NCBI GenBank assembly: GCA_016211945.1
Contig: JACRHV010000006.1
Location: 46,723-110,722, forward strand
Direction: 5' to 3'
Source of the DNA: Minisyncoccota bacterium
GTDB lineage: Bacteria; Patescibacteriota; Microgenomatia; UBA1400; UBA12028
DNA: 64,000 nt
The position numbers were made by a program, and so were the translations under genes. Positions 18,225-28,906 of the stretch are shown piece by piece. The notes beneath the pieces were generated by a model that was not told where the DNA came from, made no database searches, and worked only from the letters and a program-made list of their open reading frames with translations. Each line of letters opens with the position of its first letter. Position 1 is the first letter of the stretch.

Positions 18225-20504
18225 ATGGACAAAGCTTTTCTTCATCAAGAGTACGAACAGAAACTGTACGCGTTGTGGGATAAACACCACACATTCCAAC
18301 CAAATATGAAGAATAAGAAGCCTCCGTTTTCTATTCTTCTCCCTCCTCCAAACGCAAATGCATCACTCCATGCGGGTCATGCAATGTTTGTTATCGAGGA
18401 TATTTTAATTCGATGGAAGAGAATGCAGGGGCACCCGACGGTGTGGATTCCCGGAACGGATCACGCAGGATATGAGTCACAGTACGTCTATGAAAAACAT
18501 TTAGCAAAACAGGGGAAGTCTCGGTTTGATTTTGATCGTGAAACACTCTACAACGACATTTATTCTTTCGTGCAACAAAACTCCGGTTTGATTGAAGAAC
18601 AACTCAAACTCTTAGGTTTTTCGCTTGATTGGTCGCGTAAAACATTTATGTTGGATGACCACGTTGTTTCCACAGTCTATGATACCTTTGCGAAAATGGT
18701 GAAAGATGGACTTGTCTATCGAGACCATTACATTGTGAACTTCTGTCCAAAATGTGGAACAACCTTTGCTGACCTCGAAGTAAAACACGAGGAGCGAAAA
18801 GACCCCCTGTACTACATCAAGTACGGCCCATTCGTTGTCGCAACCGTCCGACCAGAAACAAAGTTTCGTGACGCCGCACTTGCTGCGAATCCAAAAGATA
18901 AGAGATATAAAGACTGGATTGGAAAAACGATTGAGGTTCAAGGGGTACTGGGTATGGTAAAGATGACTGTCATTGCAGACGAGGAGGTCGATCCTGAGTT
19001 TGGAACCGGCATTATGAAGGTGACTCCCGCACATGATGCGCACGATTTTGCGCTAGGCCGTCGATACAATCTTCCAGTTACCCCAATCATTGATACGCAT
19101 GGAAAAATGGATTTTTCATGGTTTTTACAAAGCGAAAAAACAAAATCAACCGAACCAAAACACCTTGAACGCGTACAAAAATACCACAATAAATCTGTTC
19201 GCGATGTTCGCGCGCTTATGGTTGAGGATATGAAAGCGGATGGCCTCATAGAAAAGGTTGATGAGAACTATACACACAATGTAACGGTGTGTTATAAATC
19301 TGGCCACGATATTGAGCCGCTCGTACTCCCCAACTGGTTTGTCCGAATGAAACCGCTCGCAAAACCCGCCATCGAAGCAGTAAAGAAAAAACGTATTCAA
19401 TTTGTGCCAAAACGATTCGAGAAACAATATTACCAATGGATGGAACACATTCTGGATTGGCCGATCTCGCGGCAAATTGTGTGGGGTATTCGAATTCCTG
19501 TGTGGTATAGCGTACAAGAAAATCCGAATATTCAGGTAACATTTTTAGATTCTGAACACATTCGAGTCACCGGAACAGTACAAGAAGTACTCAATCAGGG
19601 TTACGTTCTCGAAGAAATTCAAAAAGGTCTCCAGTCACTCCGCGCGCCAGTTGATGCGACATACGTTGTGAGCGATAAAGCTCCGGGACCAGATTATCTT
19701 CCGGAGACCGATACGTTTGACACTTGGTTTAGTTCCGGTCAATGGCCGCTTACCACACTCCACTATCCAGAGAGCAAAGATTTTAAAATGTTCTACCCCA
19801 CCGCCGTACTGGACACCATGTGGGATATTCTTTTTTTCTGGGTTGCACGCATGATCATGTTTGGCCTCTATCTAACAAAAGATGTTCCATTCAAAGCAGT
19901 CTACCTTCACTCCATGGTCACCGATGAAAAAGGACAAAAAATGAGCAAGTCTAAGGGAAATGTTATTAATCCCATAGACATTGCACATGAATTTGGCGCA
20001 GATGCGCTTCGTATCGCGCTTGTCGCCGGATGTGCGCCTGAAAATCCAATCGCACTAAGTAAAGAAAAGGTGAAAGGGTACAGAAATTTTGGAAACAAGT
20101 TGTGGAACATTGGGCGGTTTATCGTGATGATGAAGGAGCAGGGCGCAGAAAATTCAACGGATCAGGTCCTTACAAAAGATGATCAATCACTCCTCACTGG
20201 CGTCCAATTGCTCACCAAACAAACACAAAAATATCTAGATGAGTATCGTTTCTCCGATGCCGCGCTTGGTCTCTACGATTTTGTTTGGAATACTCTCGCA
20301 AATACCTACCTTGAACACACAAAATCACGTGAAGATAAGGATTGTGTATTCTCAACGCTGTTGCTTGCTTTCACATCTTGTCTCAAGCTCATTCATCCAT
20401 TTATGCCTTTTGTCACAGAGGCAATTTGGCAAGAGTTCGTTAAAGAAAAACTTGTCGATGATCCCCTCCTGATTACCGCAGCTTGGCCACGAGCAGAACA
20501 TTGA
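18225..20504 (+). CDS. valS: valyl-tRNA synthetase (short form lacking C-terminal coiled coil)
   Basis: HIGH region 'PPPNANASLHAGHA' and 'KMSKSKGN' KMSKS motif; 759 aa. Confidence 0.85.
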   Translation: MDKAFLHQEYEQKLYALWDKHHTFQPNMKNKKPPFSILLPPPNANASLHAGHAMFVIEDILIRWKRMQGHPTVWIPGTDHAGYESQYVYEKHLAKQGKSRFDFDRETLYNDIYSFVQQNSGLIEEQLKLLGFSLDWSRKTFMLDDHVVSTVYDTFAKMVKDGLVYRDHYIVNFCPKCGTTFADLEVKHEERKDPLYYIKYGPFVVATVRPETKFRDAALAANPKDKRYKDWIGKTIEVQGVLGMVKMTVIADEEVDPEFGTGIMKVTPAHDAHDFALGRRYNLPVTPIIDTHGKMDFSWFLQSEKTKSTEPKHLERVQKYHNKSVRDVRALMVEDMKADGLIEKVDENYTHNVTVCYKSGHDIEPLVLPNWFVRMKPLAKPAIEAVKKKRIQFVPKRFEKQYYQWMEHILDWPISRQIVWGIRIPVWYSVQENPNIQVTFLDSEHIRVTGTVQEVLNQGYVLEEIQKGLQSLRAPVDATYVVSDKAPGPDYLPETDTFDTWFSSGQWPLTTLHYPESKDFKMFYPTAVLDTMWDILFFWVARMIMFGLYLTKDVPFKAVYLHSMVTDEKGQKMSKSKGNVINPIDIAHEFGADALRIALVAGCAPENPIALSKEKVKGYRNFGNKLWNIGRFIVMMKEQGAENSTDQVLTKDDQSLLTGVQLLTKQTQKYLDEYRFSDAALGLYDFVWNTLANTYLEHTKSREDKDCVFSTLLLAFTSCLKLIHPFMPFVTEAIWQEFVKEKLVDDPLLITAAWPRAEH

Positions 20505-20535
20505 GTTATTTTCCTGCACGCTCAATAATGAACGC

Positions 20536-21093
20536 GTGAGAACATATCATCGATGTGTCATTGTTGGAAGACGTTTTGCTGAGTTTGCGTTGGCATATAT
20601 TCTTTTCATCTTTGAAACCGTCGCCCAAGCGCCCTTATACTTTTTTATCTCTCTTACTCTTCTTCTCTCTATCGTTGGAACACTTCTTCGTCCTGATCCT
20701 TTTTTTTGGCAAAAGATTGCGTTAGGCGTGCAAAAATATTCAATCTCCACGATTGAAAACGCGCTTCGCGTTGCGCAAGACAATGGTGATCCGATCCTTG
20801 CAAAGAATCTTTATCTTCATTCTGTATCATTTGATCAAAATCGAAGACTTTACGCCGTAGCGTTTCCACATGAAAAACTAAAAGAGATGCGCATGTTTTG
20901 GGGGGATATACGTGAAAAACAACCAACAAGCCGCGAAGCAATCGCGGCGCTTGCGATCATCGAATATAGTGCGAAACAGGAAGAACTTTTTGCGACGCGC
21001 GTGCATGAGTGGAAAATAATTGAGCCAAACGACAAAAGAATTACTTCTCTTCTTTTTTCGACTCGGTCTTCGTCGCCCTATCAGCAACAGTAG
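20536..21093 (+). CDS. hypothetical membrane protein
   Basis: 185 aa, N-terminal hydrophobic segments; no motif; overlaps 3' end of rplY by 53 nt on opposite strand. Confidence 0.4.
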   Translation: MRTYHRCVIVGRRFAEFALAYILFIFETVAQAPLYFFISLTLLLSIVGTLLRPDPFFWQKIALGVQKYSISTIENALRVAQDNGDPILAKNLYLHSVSFDQNRRLYAVAFPHEKLKEMRMFWGDIREKQPTSREAIAALAIIEYSAKQEELFATRVHEWKIIEPNDKRITSLLFSTRSSSPYQQQ

Positions 21094-21745
21094 CTTCGCC
21101 TTCAGCGGTCTCTTTTTCTGCTTTGCCTTGTTTCGTGAGTTCGACCTCAACCGGCTCCACTGTGACTACGGGCTCAACCTCAACCTTTGGCTCTGCAATA
21201 AGGACCAAAACTTCTTCGGGCCTAAGAAAGACTTCAACTTTCGATTGATCGTACTTCAAATCAGAAACTTTTAGTTCGTTTCCTATTGCCATAAGCGTTG
21301 AAATATCTAACAAAAACTTCTCCGGCAAGTCTGTTGGGAGCGCCTCCACCTCAATCTCGTTATACAGCGTAATAAGTACTCCGCCAGCTTTTACCGCCTC
21401 CGACTCTCCAACAACATCCAAAGGAACATGTGCTTTTACCTTTACATTTAAGTTCACCTGACGAAGATCGATGTGTGTAATAACTCCGGAAACAGGATCA
21501 ACCATATAATCCGCGACAAGCACCGGACGCGAGTCTTTCTCACCCTCAACTTGGACATATAACACGCTTGTCTCACCAGCCTCTTCAAATACAGTAAGAA
21601 ACTCCTTTTCCTCAAGTTCAATATTGAGTGGTTCGGTGTTTCCGTAAATATGTGCCGGCAAAATGTGGTGCGCTCGAAGCGTTTTCACTTTCTTCCCAAG
21701 GACAGTTCTTTTTTTCGCGTGCAAAAGATGTTTCGTCGCGGTCAT
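21041..21745 (-). CDS. rplY: 50S ribosomal protein L25 (Ctc/general stress form) with Lys/Glu-rich C-terminal tail
   Basis: 'LGKKVKTLRAHHILPAHIYG' and beta-barrel L25 pattern; long C-terminal extension. Confidence 0.8.
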   Translation of the reverse strand: MTATKHLLHAKKRTVLGKKVKTLRAHHILPAHIYGNTEPLNIELEEKEFLTVFEEAGETSVLYVQVEGEKDSRPVLVADYMVDPVSGVITHIDLRQVNLNVKVKAHVPLDVVGESEAVKAGGVLITLYNEIEVEALPTDLPEKFLLDISTLMAIGNELKVSDLKYDQSKVEVFLRPEEVLVLIAEPKVEVEPVVTVEPVEVELTKQGKAEKETAEGEATVADRATKTESKKEEK

Positions 21746-21792
21746 AACATTCCTTCCTGAGTCAATTCAGAATGCTGATTCTACCATCCGGA

Positions 21793-24462
21793 TCACCGAA
21801 CTTCAACCGCCAGGTATTGGTGTCGGTCCATCGTCGCGTCAAACTGGATAATGTTCCCCGCAACCGCGCCCTCTGGCGCTAACTTTGTTGTGCGAAGTGG
21901 TTTTTGAATGTTCAACGAAAAAGAAACGGAATCCTCCCCTGTTCCAGGCTGTTTTTGCGTAAACAACGCATATGAAAAAGGTGCTTGTTGTGTAAAAAGC
22001 GTCACATAGTTTACCTGAACATCAACGGTCTTCCCTACCGGAACTTCCATGACGAACCCAACCTCCCGCTTTCCATATCGAATATCCTGTGCGATACGCA
22101 TAGATGAAAGCGGTTGTTTATCAATAACAACACTGTTGAGTTGTGTGAAGTCCGGAATGAGGAGACGAACATAGTTTTTATATGTTCCCGCAGGCCACGC
22201 TGTTGAGGGAGATGTGTTCGAGTAATGGAGTGTAAGCGCGTGAACTGCGGTTGACGAAGATAAGACGACGTTGTGTTCCGCATATCTTTGCAGATAATAG
22301 TTTGCTCTGTTGATGCCAACATTTGAGTCGACTTGATATATCGTGTCAACGACGCATGATGTTTCGGTAAACGCCTGAGGACAAGGCGGCGTCATCACTC
22401 CCCCATTGATGCCCAAAAGAGAAAATGTCTGCTCAATCCCCGGATCGCGGAGACTTACGATCATGTTTCCAGAATCAAGCGCTGCATATAATGCGGATCC
22501 TACTTTTTTTGCCCCAACAGCATCTTGTTTTTGCAAAGACTGAAAAACCGCGTCCGCAACGCTACTTAAATACCCACGTTTGTGTTGATCCCCAGACTGA
22601 AAAAGAGTTTCACTCTTCACAAACATGCGCTCGATCATGTTGTCTGCTGTGATCTCCTCATTTTGTTGTGACTGTAGCGTTACCGGCCCCGTTGCTCGCA
22701 ATAAGTCTTGAAGAACAAAGGCGTTTATCGCCACCGTCCCGTCCACTTTTCTTCCCATCTCCTTTTCAATAAACCACTCTGCTTGTCTTGCTATTGACGG
22801 AAACTGCGGACTCCAGTTACTGTCTCGAAAAAACCATTGTGTTTCACCTAAATAATCCTGGAGGTCTTGCGGTGGATCAACCTTTCCCTTGAGTAAATTA
22901 TCGGCCTCGGCGACGTCGCGAACCTGCACATCAAGAAGCCTTCCCCGATCAAATGTGAGAACTGCAAACGACTCTAAAAATCCACCAGAGGATCGGAGTT
23001 CCAGGGGATTTTGAATAAGAATAAGATAATTCTTTTTTTGTTTATCTCCCAAGATATCCGGCAAAACCGACAAGAGGTGTTGGAGTTTGACAAGCGCTTT
23101 TCGCGTTCCTCCGACGTTTTTTTCCAGATCGGCAGCGCGTGTTTGCGGCAAAAGCGGAAGATGTTCCCCGCCACGCGCCAGTTCTGAAGAAAAAAGTGCC
23201 AGATCTTTGCTTGTTTGCTCGATTTGCGATGATGCTGTGTCCAGTAAAGTGATTGGATCCTCAGACGAGTTCTGTGTTACCGCCGCGTATGTACGTGTCA
23301 GGAGCTCTATCATTTTTCTCTCTGACTCAATCGCCGTCATTCCTCGATTCGCCAAACTGACGACGTTTTTTGGCTGTTCCATTTCCGTTGCAAACCCCAA
23401 AGGAGAAAGAAATGAGTCGACGACCTGAACTCCAATGGCATAGAAGGAAACTGCTGTTTTTGTGTGAAGGAGGATCGAGTTATCCTGAGATAACGACATC
23501 CCCACTCCCCCAGCTTGACCCAGAGACTCATAGAGTTGGCGTGTGTATCTTATAACAGACATCCGAAGAAATCCAAAAATCAGAAATGGAATACAAAGAA
23601 TGCTCATAAACACCCCACTCCATACAACGATTTTTTTTGTTTTCGCTCCTGGAATTTTTGAGTTTTTCCACGGCTCTTTTACTCGAATTTTTTTCTCTTC
23701 TCTCACTTTTTGTGCCGGTTGTGCATGTGATGAAGAAAAGATGTTATTCAACCGTTCCCCCACTCCTTTTTCTTGGTCTGTTCTCTTGTGTGTGTATGGA
23801 ATATCTTGAAAGATTTTTTCCTCGGGTAAATGAGAGAAGAGGCTTTGCAGTGGCTTACTGCGCTCAAGTATTCTTGTTTGTACTATGGGTTTTACGCGAA
23901 TGGGTTCGTGGTGTATGACTTCCCTTTTTTTGATTAGTTGCGGTTCTTGTCGACGATCCAGCTCATTTTTGTCCGTGTCATCTTCCTTGTCTTTGAGTTG
24001 TCTCGAAAATTCTCCTTCCCTTCCAATATTTCTTTCGACTCCCCCCCTCTTATCTGAAAAGACGTACCGAACAACATCTTTTGCAACATTTTTTTCATCA
24101 CCAGACTCAGCTTGGATATAGAAAACAGAGGTTTGTGGGTATGTTTTATGAATCTCAAGACCAAGCTCCTTTCCCCTACTCCCAAGTACACAGGCGGTAA
24201 CGATCACCCCACGCTGTATCCCGTAGATGCATGCCTTCTCCCAATCCTCTTCTCCACTCATCACCCATATTACGCGGTACGGCGTTTCTTCAAATCCCTG
24301 CACCATCCTTTCATCCGAAATTCCTATAAATCCGTCGTGGTGGTTTGTTATTTCCTCAATAATCTGCTTTTTTAGAGGTGTTTCGCCTCCAAAAACGACT
24401 AGAGGTGTGGGACTCGCAATGACTTCTGTGATAAAACGTCGGCCTTGGGCAGAAGGACTCAT
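21793..24462 (-). CDS. large membrane-anchored protein, DUF4012-like C-terminal region
   Basis: 889 aa; TM 'VWSGVFMSILCIPFLIFGFL' ~aa 270; downstream 'LELRSSGGFLESFAVLTFDRGRLLDV' resembles DUF4012 proteins of Actinobacteria/CPR. Confidence 0.5.
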   Translation of the reverse strand: MSPSAQGRRFITEVIASPTPLVVFGGETPLKKQIIEEITNHHDGFIGISDERMVQGFEETPYRVIWVMSGEEDWEKACIYGIQRGVIVTACVLGSRGKELGLEIHKTYPQTSVFYIQAESGDEKNVAKDVVRYVFSDKRGGVERNIGREGEFSRQLKDKEDDTDKNELDRRQEPQLIKKREVIHHEPIRVKPIVQTRILERSKPLQSLFSHLPEEKIFQDIPYTHKRTDQEKGVGERLNNIFSSSHAQPAQKVREEKKIRVKEPWKNSKIPGAKTKKIVVWSGVFMSILCIPFLIFGFLRMSVIRYTRQLYESLGQAGGVGMSLSQDNSILLHTKTAVSFYAIGVQVVDSFLSPLGFATEMEQPKNVVSLANRGMTAIESERKMIELLTRTYAAVTQNSSEDPITLLDTASSQIEQTSKDLALFSSELARGGEHLPLLPQTRAADLEKNVGGTRKALVKLQHLLSVLPDILGDKQKKNYLILIQNPLELRSSGGFLESFAVLTFDRGRLLDVQVRDVAEADNLLKGKVDPPQDLQDYLGETQWFFRDSNWSPQFPSIARQAEWFIEKEMGRKVDGTVAINAFVLQDLLRATGPVTLQSQQNEEITADNMIERMFVKSETLFQSGDQHKRGYLSSVADAVFQSLQKQDAVGAKKVGSALYAALDSGNMIVSLRDPGIEQTFSLLGINGGVMTPPCPQAFTETSCVVDTIYQVDSNVGINRANYYLQRYAEHNVVLSSSTAVHALTLHYSNTSPSTAWPAGTYKNYVRLLIPDFTQLNSVVIDKQPLSSMRIAQDIRYGKREVGFVMEVPVGKTVDVQVNYVTLFTQQAPFSYALFTQKQPGTGEDSVSFSLNIQKPLRTTKLAPEGAVAGNIIQFDATMDRHQYLAVEVR

Positions 24463-24656
24463 ATCCCCTATGCTATATCACCCTGGGAAACAGATCAAGT
24501 TTTGTTCAATCTACATATACTACAATCACTTCATTTCACGCATGTTCAGATGTAATATTTTCACGTTTTTGCGCAATGTATCTCAATGTTCCAATAATTT
24601 CCGCATATTTACCGCATTATTACTGCAAAGGGATGCGAAAAGAGAAGTTCTCACTC

Positions 24657-25082
24657 TTAAAAAGAATGGAGAAAAGAATCGAGCGCTTGATTGACGAGTG
24701 CATCGGCGCGCGCGTTTTCGCTTCGAGGAATGTGCGTGAAGGTAACAGGATAACCCAAAGAGGTGAGCACATCTTGTATCTTCTTCACATATGCAAGAAT
24801 GTGGGGCTGCTTTATTTTGTACCTTCCATTAAGTTGTTCCACAACGAGCTGAGAGTCCAAACGAAACTCAAGTGTCTGGGGGGTGGGGAAGTGTCCTAAC
24901 TCTTTTTCTTTCGCTACCCAGGAAAGGGCTCGAAGTACCGCCTCATACTCAGCAACATTATTTGTTGCGATCCCAAGATATACCCCGGACTCAAAAAGAA
25001 TAGTTTCTCCGTCAAGTACAACAACTCCTGTTGCGGCGTGGCCGGGATTTCCGCGCGATCCGCCATCAGTAAAAATACGCAT
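24657..25082 (-). CDS. rnhA: ribonuclease H (RNase HI-like)
   Basis: 141 aa; 'MRIFTDGGSRGNPG' (DEDD first Asp), 'NNVAEYEAV', C-terminal 'ENARADALVN'. Confidence 0.75.
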   Translation of the reverse strand: MRIFTDGGSRGNPGHAATGVVVLDGETILFESGVYLGIATNNVAEYEAVLRALSWVAKEKELGHFPTPQTLEFRLDSQLVVEQLNGRYKIKQPHILAYVKKIQDVLTSLGYPVTFTHIPRSENARADALVNQALDSFLHSF

Positions 25083-25083
25083 A

Positions 25084-25548
25084 CTACGCTTCTTCCTGTT
25101 GGGGAAGAGATCCTACTGGATACACCGTAAGTCGTCGGTCTCTTCCAATCCCGTCTGATTTTGTCTCAACTCCGGCTTCTTTGAGAAGAGTATGAACGAT
25201 GCGTCGTTCCTCGCTTGAGAGATAGGGGAGCGTTGTTGGTGCGTTGGTCGCTCGCACTCGCTCCAATGCCTCGTCTGCAATACGTTGAACAACCTCTTGT
25301 CTTCGATCAAGATAGTCGTTCACCTCAACCGTCAGGCGTTTATCGGCTAAATCATCTCTGTATGTCAATGTTAGTATCCGCTGTAACGCCTCTAGTGTTT
25401 CGCCTCTATGTCCTATGAGCATTCCTGAGTCTTCTTCTGGGACACGAAAAACAACTCGTGTTTCACTATCTTTTTCCTCGATCTCAACAGTAACATTCTG
25501 ACACCCCATGTGGGCGAGTAACATTGTCACATACTCATGCATTGTCAT
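25084..25548 (-). CDS. jag: Jag/KhpB-like KH + R3H domain RNA-binding protein
   Basis: 154 aa; position downstream of yidC; R3H-like 'ERRIVHTLLKEAGVETKSDG'. Confidence 0.8.
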   Translation of the reverse strand: MTMHEYVTMLLAHMGCQNVTVEIEEKDSETRVVFRVPEEDSGMLIGHRGETLEALQRILTLTYRDDLADKRLTVEVNDYLDRRQEVVQRIADEALERVRATNAPTTLPYLSSEERRIVHTLLKEAGVETKSDGIGRDRRLTVYPVGSLPQQEEA

Positions 25549-26336
25549 AGAAACTCCTTATTTCCTGCTTGCCATCCTAGCCGATGGCGAATCCAAGAAT
25601 ACGCTTGTTTTGTATACGACGTAAGTCCTCCCGGACCGGAGAGGAGCCATTGTTGGCCTATGCTAAAAACGGTTGAGATAACCCAGTACATCGCCAGGCC
25701 TGCGGGGAAACGTGTTGCAGCGATTCCTGTTACAACAGGCATCATGAACACCATTTGCTTCTGCATTGCCTCTGCCATCTCCTGCACGTTTTCTTCTTTT
25801 TTATTCTCTTGTTGAATCTTCTTTGATTTTGCGTTGTTAGGAATCAAGTCGTGTCCCTCAACACCAGGCAAGATCATAACAGAAAGGATGAGTTGTGTGA
25901 TGCCGGAAAGAATGGGAAGGATGTATGTTCCGTCTGGTTGTGCAAGATTCATCCCAAAAAACTGCGTATTTATCACGATTCCGTTTATTTCATTTGATGT
26001 GAGAAAGGTGTTGAGAACTTGATACAGCGCAATGAGCACAACAAATTGAAGAATGTAGGGGAGACACCCAGCGGCCGGGTTGATGTTGTGCTTTTTGTAG
26101 AGATTCATCTGCTCTTGCTGGAGAAGTTTTTGATCATGCCCATGCGTTTTTTTGAGCCTATCCAACTCTGGCTTTAATGATTGAATCTTCTTTTGGGACT
26201 TGATTGCTGGGACAGAGAGGGGGGCTAAAACTAATCGAAGAATCAGTGTAAAAATGATAATGGCGAGTCCAAAATTCCCAACGGTTGTATAAAGAAAAAT
26301 AAGAAACTGCAAAAGCGGCGCTGTAAGAAAATTCAT
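25545..26336 (-). CDS. yidC: membrane protein insertase YidC (short Gram-positive/CPR type)
   Basis: 'AIIIFTLILRLVLAPLS', 'NPAAGCLPYILQFVVLIALY' YidC signatures; rnpA-yidD-yidC-jag synteny. Confidence 0.9.
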   Translation of the reverse strand: MNFLTAPLLQFLIFLYTTVGNFGLAIIIFTLILRLVLAPLSVPAIKSQKKIQSLKPELDRLKKTHGHDQKLLQQEQMNLYKKHNINPAAGCLPYILQFVVLIALYQVLNTFLTSNEINGIVINTQFFGMNLAQPDGTYILPILSGITQLILSVMILPGVEGHDLIPNNAKSKKIQQENKKEENVQEMAEAMQKQMVFMMPVVTGIAATRFPAGLAMYWVISTVFSIGQQWLLSGPGGLTSYTKQAYSWIRHRLGWQAGNKEFL

Positions 26337-26342
26337 ATATCC

Positions 26343-26546
26343 TCATCTACATGAGAGTATCCGTCTCAATCCCATGAATAATCCCCGCATTGTACCATAC
26401 TTCTCGATACACGAGATTGCATAATCACTACAGGTGGGGGAGTGTTTACACTGTGGAACATACCCAAAAATAGTTTTCTGCATCGCATCAATTCCAGGAC
26501 GAATGAATTGATAGATACGAATAAGAAGAACGAAGAAGGTTTTCAT
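26343..26546 (-). CDS. yidD: membrane protein insertion efficiency factor YidD
   Basis: 67 aa; 'CKHSPTCSDYA' YidD Cys motif. Confidence 0.85.
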   Translation of the reverse strand: MKTFFVLLIRIYQFIRPGIDAMQKTIFGYVPQCKHSPTCSDYAISCIEKYGTMRGLFMGLRRILSCR

Positions 26547-26859
26547 GATTGAAATACTTGGAACTCTGCGATAAGTTCGCGAATAATTTTTCTTTTGTCT
26601 TGTGAATAGAGAACGAGAACAATCTCTTTGTTTTGTTGAGTTGTGAGGAGCGGAAGGAGTGCCGCCCGAATAGCCCTTTTTAATGCGTTTCTTTTTGTGG
26701 AAAGAGGGACAACTTGAGAAGAAACAATAATGGCGGCCCGGGAAGTTCCTTCTCTCTCTTTCCAGTACATCTGAAAAGATTCTTTTCTTTTTTTGTGCGC
26801 TCCGCGAAAAAAAGAAGACTGTGTTCTGAGTGGAAATCTGTAACGTAAGGGAAGCATTC
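26543..26859 (-). CDS. rnpA: RNase P protein component (start placed at internal Met downstream of rpmH)
   Basis: 'FFRGAHKKRKESF...RAAIIVSS...STKRNALKRAIRAAL' RnpA pattern; the longer ORF (to 27001) would overlap rpmH. Confidence 0.7.
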
Positions 26860-26877
26860 TTCTATTGTACGCGCGTA

Positions 26878-27021
26878 CTACACCGTTAGTTTTTTGCGGC
26901 CTTTTGCTCTTCGGCGGGCGAGAACTTTGCGACCGAGTCGTGTTGCCATGCGTTGGAGAAATCCATGTACGCGTGCGCGTTTTTTCTTTTTTGGTTGCCA
27001 AGTTCTGAATGTCTTTGCCAT
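26878..27021 (-). CDS. rpmH: 50S ribosomal protein L34
   Basis: 47 aa '[47 protein letters not shown]'; embedded in a longer spurious ORF in the track. Confidence 0.9.
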   Translation of the reverse strand: MAKTFRTWQPKKKKRARVHGFLQRMATRLGRKVLARRRAKGRKKLTV

Positions 27022-27086
27022 AGTGCGGGGATTGTAGCAGAGGAAAGAATGTATTGCAAATGAGTCTTGCGCAAAAAATAAAAGGT

Positions 27087-27149
27087 CGTTATGATTGTGG
27101 ATAAGTCTCTTTCCCCTGCCTGAAAATAAATAAGATATCCACATTTTTC
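27087..27149. promoter_or_regulatory. cluster of three DnaA boxes between rpmH and dnaA
   Basis: TGTGGATAA (27087-27095, perfect reverse-complement TTATCCACA), ATATCCACA (27125-27133, 8/9), TGTGGACAA (27141-27149, 8/9). Confidence 0.6.
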
Positions 27150-27170
27150 TGTGGACAAAAGGCGCTCTAT

Positions 27171-28628
27171 ATGGATCTTGATCGAGAAAAACTTTGGAAT
27201 ACTGCTTTGTCAGATTTAGAAAACTCTTTTTCTCCTGGAACGTTTTCAACCTGGATTAAACCTCTTCGTATTCGCGAAATAAAGGGTGTTGGAGATGATC
27301 ACCTTATGATAACGTTTGTCTGTCCCAACACATTTCACATCCGCATGATCGAGGATCGATACTATGCGCTCATTAAGGAGGCGCTCGACAGGATTACAAA
27401 AAAGAAAAACAATCTCCAATTTGAGATTAAAATTATTAACACAGAACCTCAAAAAGTGGTGGGGGAGAATCGCGACGAAGCCACTATTACACCACAAGAA
27501 AAAAAGGCAGTGCCCCAAACGCTTTTCCAGTCTCAACCCTACTCACAACCCATACAGCACCATCAAGATCAAGTGTTTCGCTCCTCTCTCCATAGGGCTG
27601 GTCTGCGCGAGGACTACACTTTCGAGACCTTCGCTGTTTCTACGAGTAATGAAATGGCACACGCCGCCGCGATCGCTGTTTCTCAAAATCCAGGAACCGC
27701 ATACAACCCCCTTTTTCTTTATGGTGGTGTCGGAGTGGGGAAGACCCATCTCATGCAGGCAATTGGAAATAATATTTTGAGGAAAAATGCTGATACATCG
27801 ATTTACTACACCACAGGAGAACAGTTTACGAATGAAATTGTCGCCGCAATACAACAGAAAAAAACCATACAACTTAAACAGAAGTTTCGCACATACAAAA
27901 TATTGTTGGTTGACGACATTCAGTTTTTGGCGGGAAAAACATCTGTTCAGGAGGAATTTTTTCACACCTTTAACGCCATTACCCCGGCGGGAGGACAGAT
28001 TATTCTTACCTCAGATCGTCCTCCGCATGAGATCAATCCACTGGAAGACCGACTAAAATCGCGATTTGAGGCGGGGCTCATTATTGATATTCAGCAACCA
28101 ACCTTCGAGCTGCGCACCGCAATCATTCTTATTAAGGCAAAAAAACTCGGCCTCCAGGTTCCTATGGATCTCGCACAGAAGATCGCAAGTGAGGTGGAAA
28201 GTACAAGAAAACTTGAGGGAATTCTCGTAAAACTTCACTCGGAAATTTCATTGTTCCACAGAGAACTCACTCCCGACCTCGTTTCTACCATGCTCGGCAA
28301 AACAGAACAGACAGAGTTTCCGCAAAACACAATTCGCCCCGCTGAGGTTATCAAGACCGTCGCAAACCATTTTCACGTTTCCACCGCCGCACTCAAGGGC
28401 CCCTCCAGAGTAAAACACCTAGTTGAGGCGAGACATGTCGCAATGTACATCCTCCATAACCAACTCAAGGTTCAACTCGAGGAGGTTGGAGGGATGTTTG
28501 GGGGAAGAGATCACACGAGCATCCTTCACGCCTCAAACAAAATACGAGACCTTATTGGAACAGATGAAACGACGCGGACAAACGTGAATGCCATCAAGAC
28601 AAGTCTTCTTTTTTCCACAACAGTGTAG
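27171..28628 (+). CDS. dnaA: chromosomal replication initiator DnaA
   Basis: 485 aa; Walker A '[10 protein letters not shown]', '[12 protein letters not shown]', C-terminal DNA-binding domain 'HVAMYILHN'. Confidence 0.95.
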   Translation: MDLDREKLWNTALSDLENSFSPGTFSTWIKPLRIREIKGVGDDHLMITFVCPNTFHIRMIEDRYYALIKEALDRITKKKNNLQFEIKIINTEPQKVVGENRDEATITPQEKKAVPQTLFQSQPYSQPIQHHQDQVFRSSLHRAGLREDYTFETFAVSTSNEMAHAAAIAVSQNPGTAYNPLFLYGGVGVGKTHLMQAIGNNILRKNADTSIYYTTGEQFTNEIVAAIQQKKTIQLKQKFRTYKILLVDDIQFLAGKTSVQEEFFHTFNAITPAGGQIILTSDRPPHEINPLEDRLKSRFEAGLIIDIQQPTFELRTAIILIKAKKLGLQVPMDLAQKIASEVESTRKLEGILVKLHSEISLFHRELTPDLVSTMLGKTEQTEFPQNTIRPAEVIKTVANHFHVSTAALKGPSRVKHLVEARHVAMYILHNQLKVQLEEVGGMFGGRDHTSILHASNKIRDLIGTDETTRTNVNAIKTSLLFSTTV

Positions 28629-28906
28629 GTATTTTTGGGGATAACGAGGGAAAACCTCTCTTCATATTGTGTATATGTGCATATCGCACGAGGAGATATC
28701 CACTTATACACATTTTCCGAGAGTTTTCCACAAACTTTTCCACATTTTTACGGCAGTAATCAACACGAAGGTATCCCACACTAGTCGGTTCTCTCTCCAA
28801 AAGTTTTCCTCTTTTCCCCAACACTACTACATACTACTACTATCTTAAGATATATATTAGAGAAACAAACTTTGCTTTTTTTCTTTTTCCACATACAATA
28901 TCGACT
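28629..28906. other. candidate oriC segment (DnaA-box-like motifs + AT-rich unwinding element) between dnaA and dnaN
   Basis: 278-nt non-coding spacer with ATATCCACT, TTTTCCACA (x2), TATCCCACA-like motifs and AT-rich 'TCTTAAGATATATATTAGAG' near dnaN start. Confidence 0.5.

Noticed and set aside
26878-27249. 123-aa ORF and 26886..27158 ORF upstream of rnpA
   Set aside because: Only the C-terminal 47 codons (26878..27021) encode ribosomal protein L34. The upstream extension runs through the DnaA-box region and is not coding.
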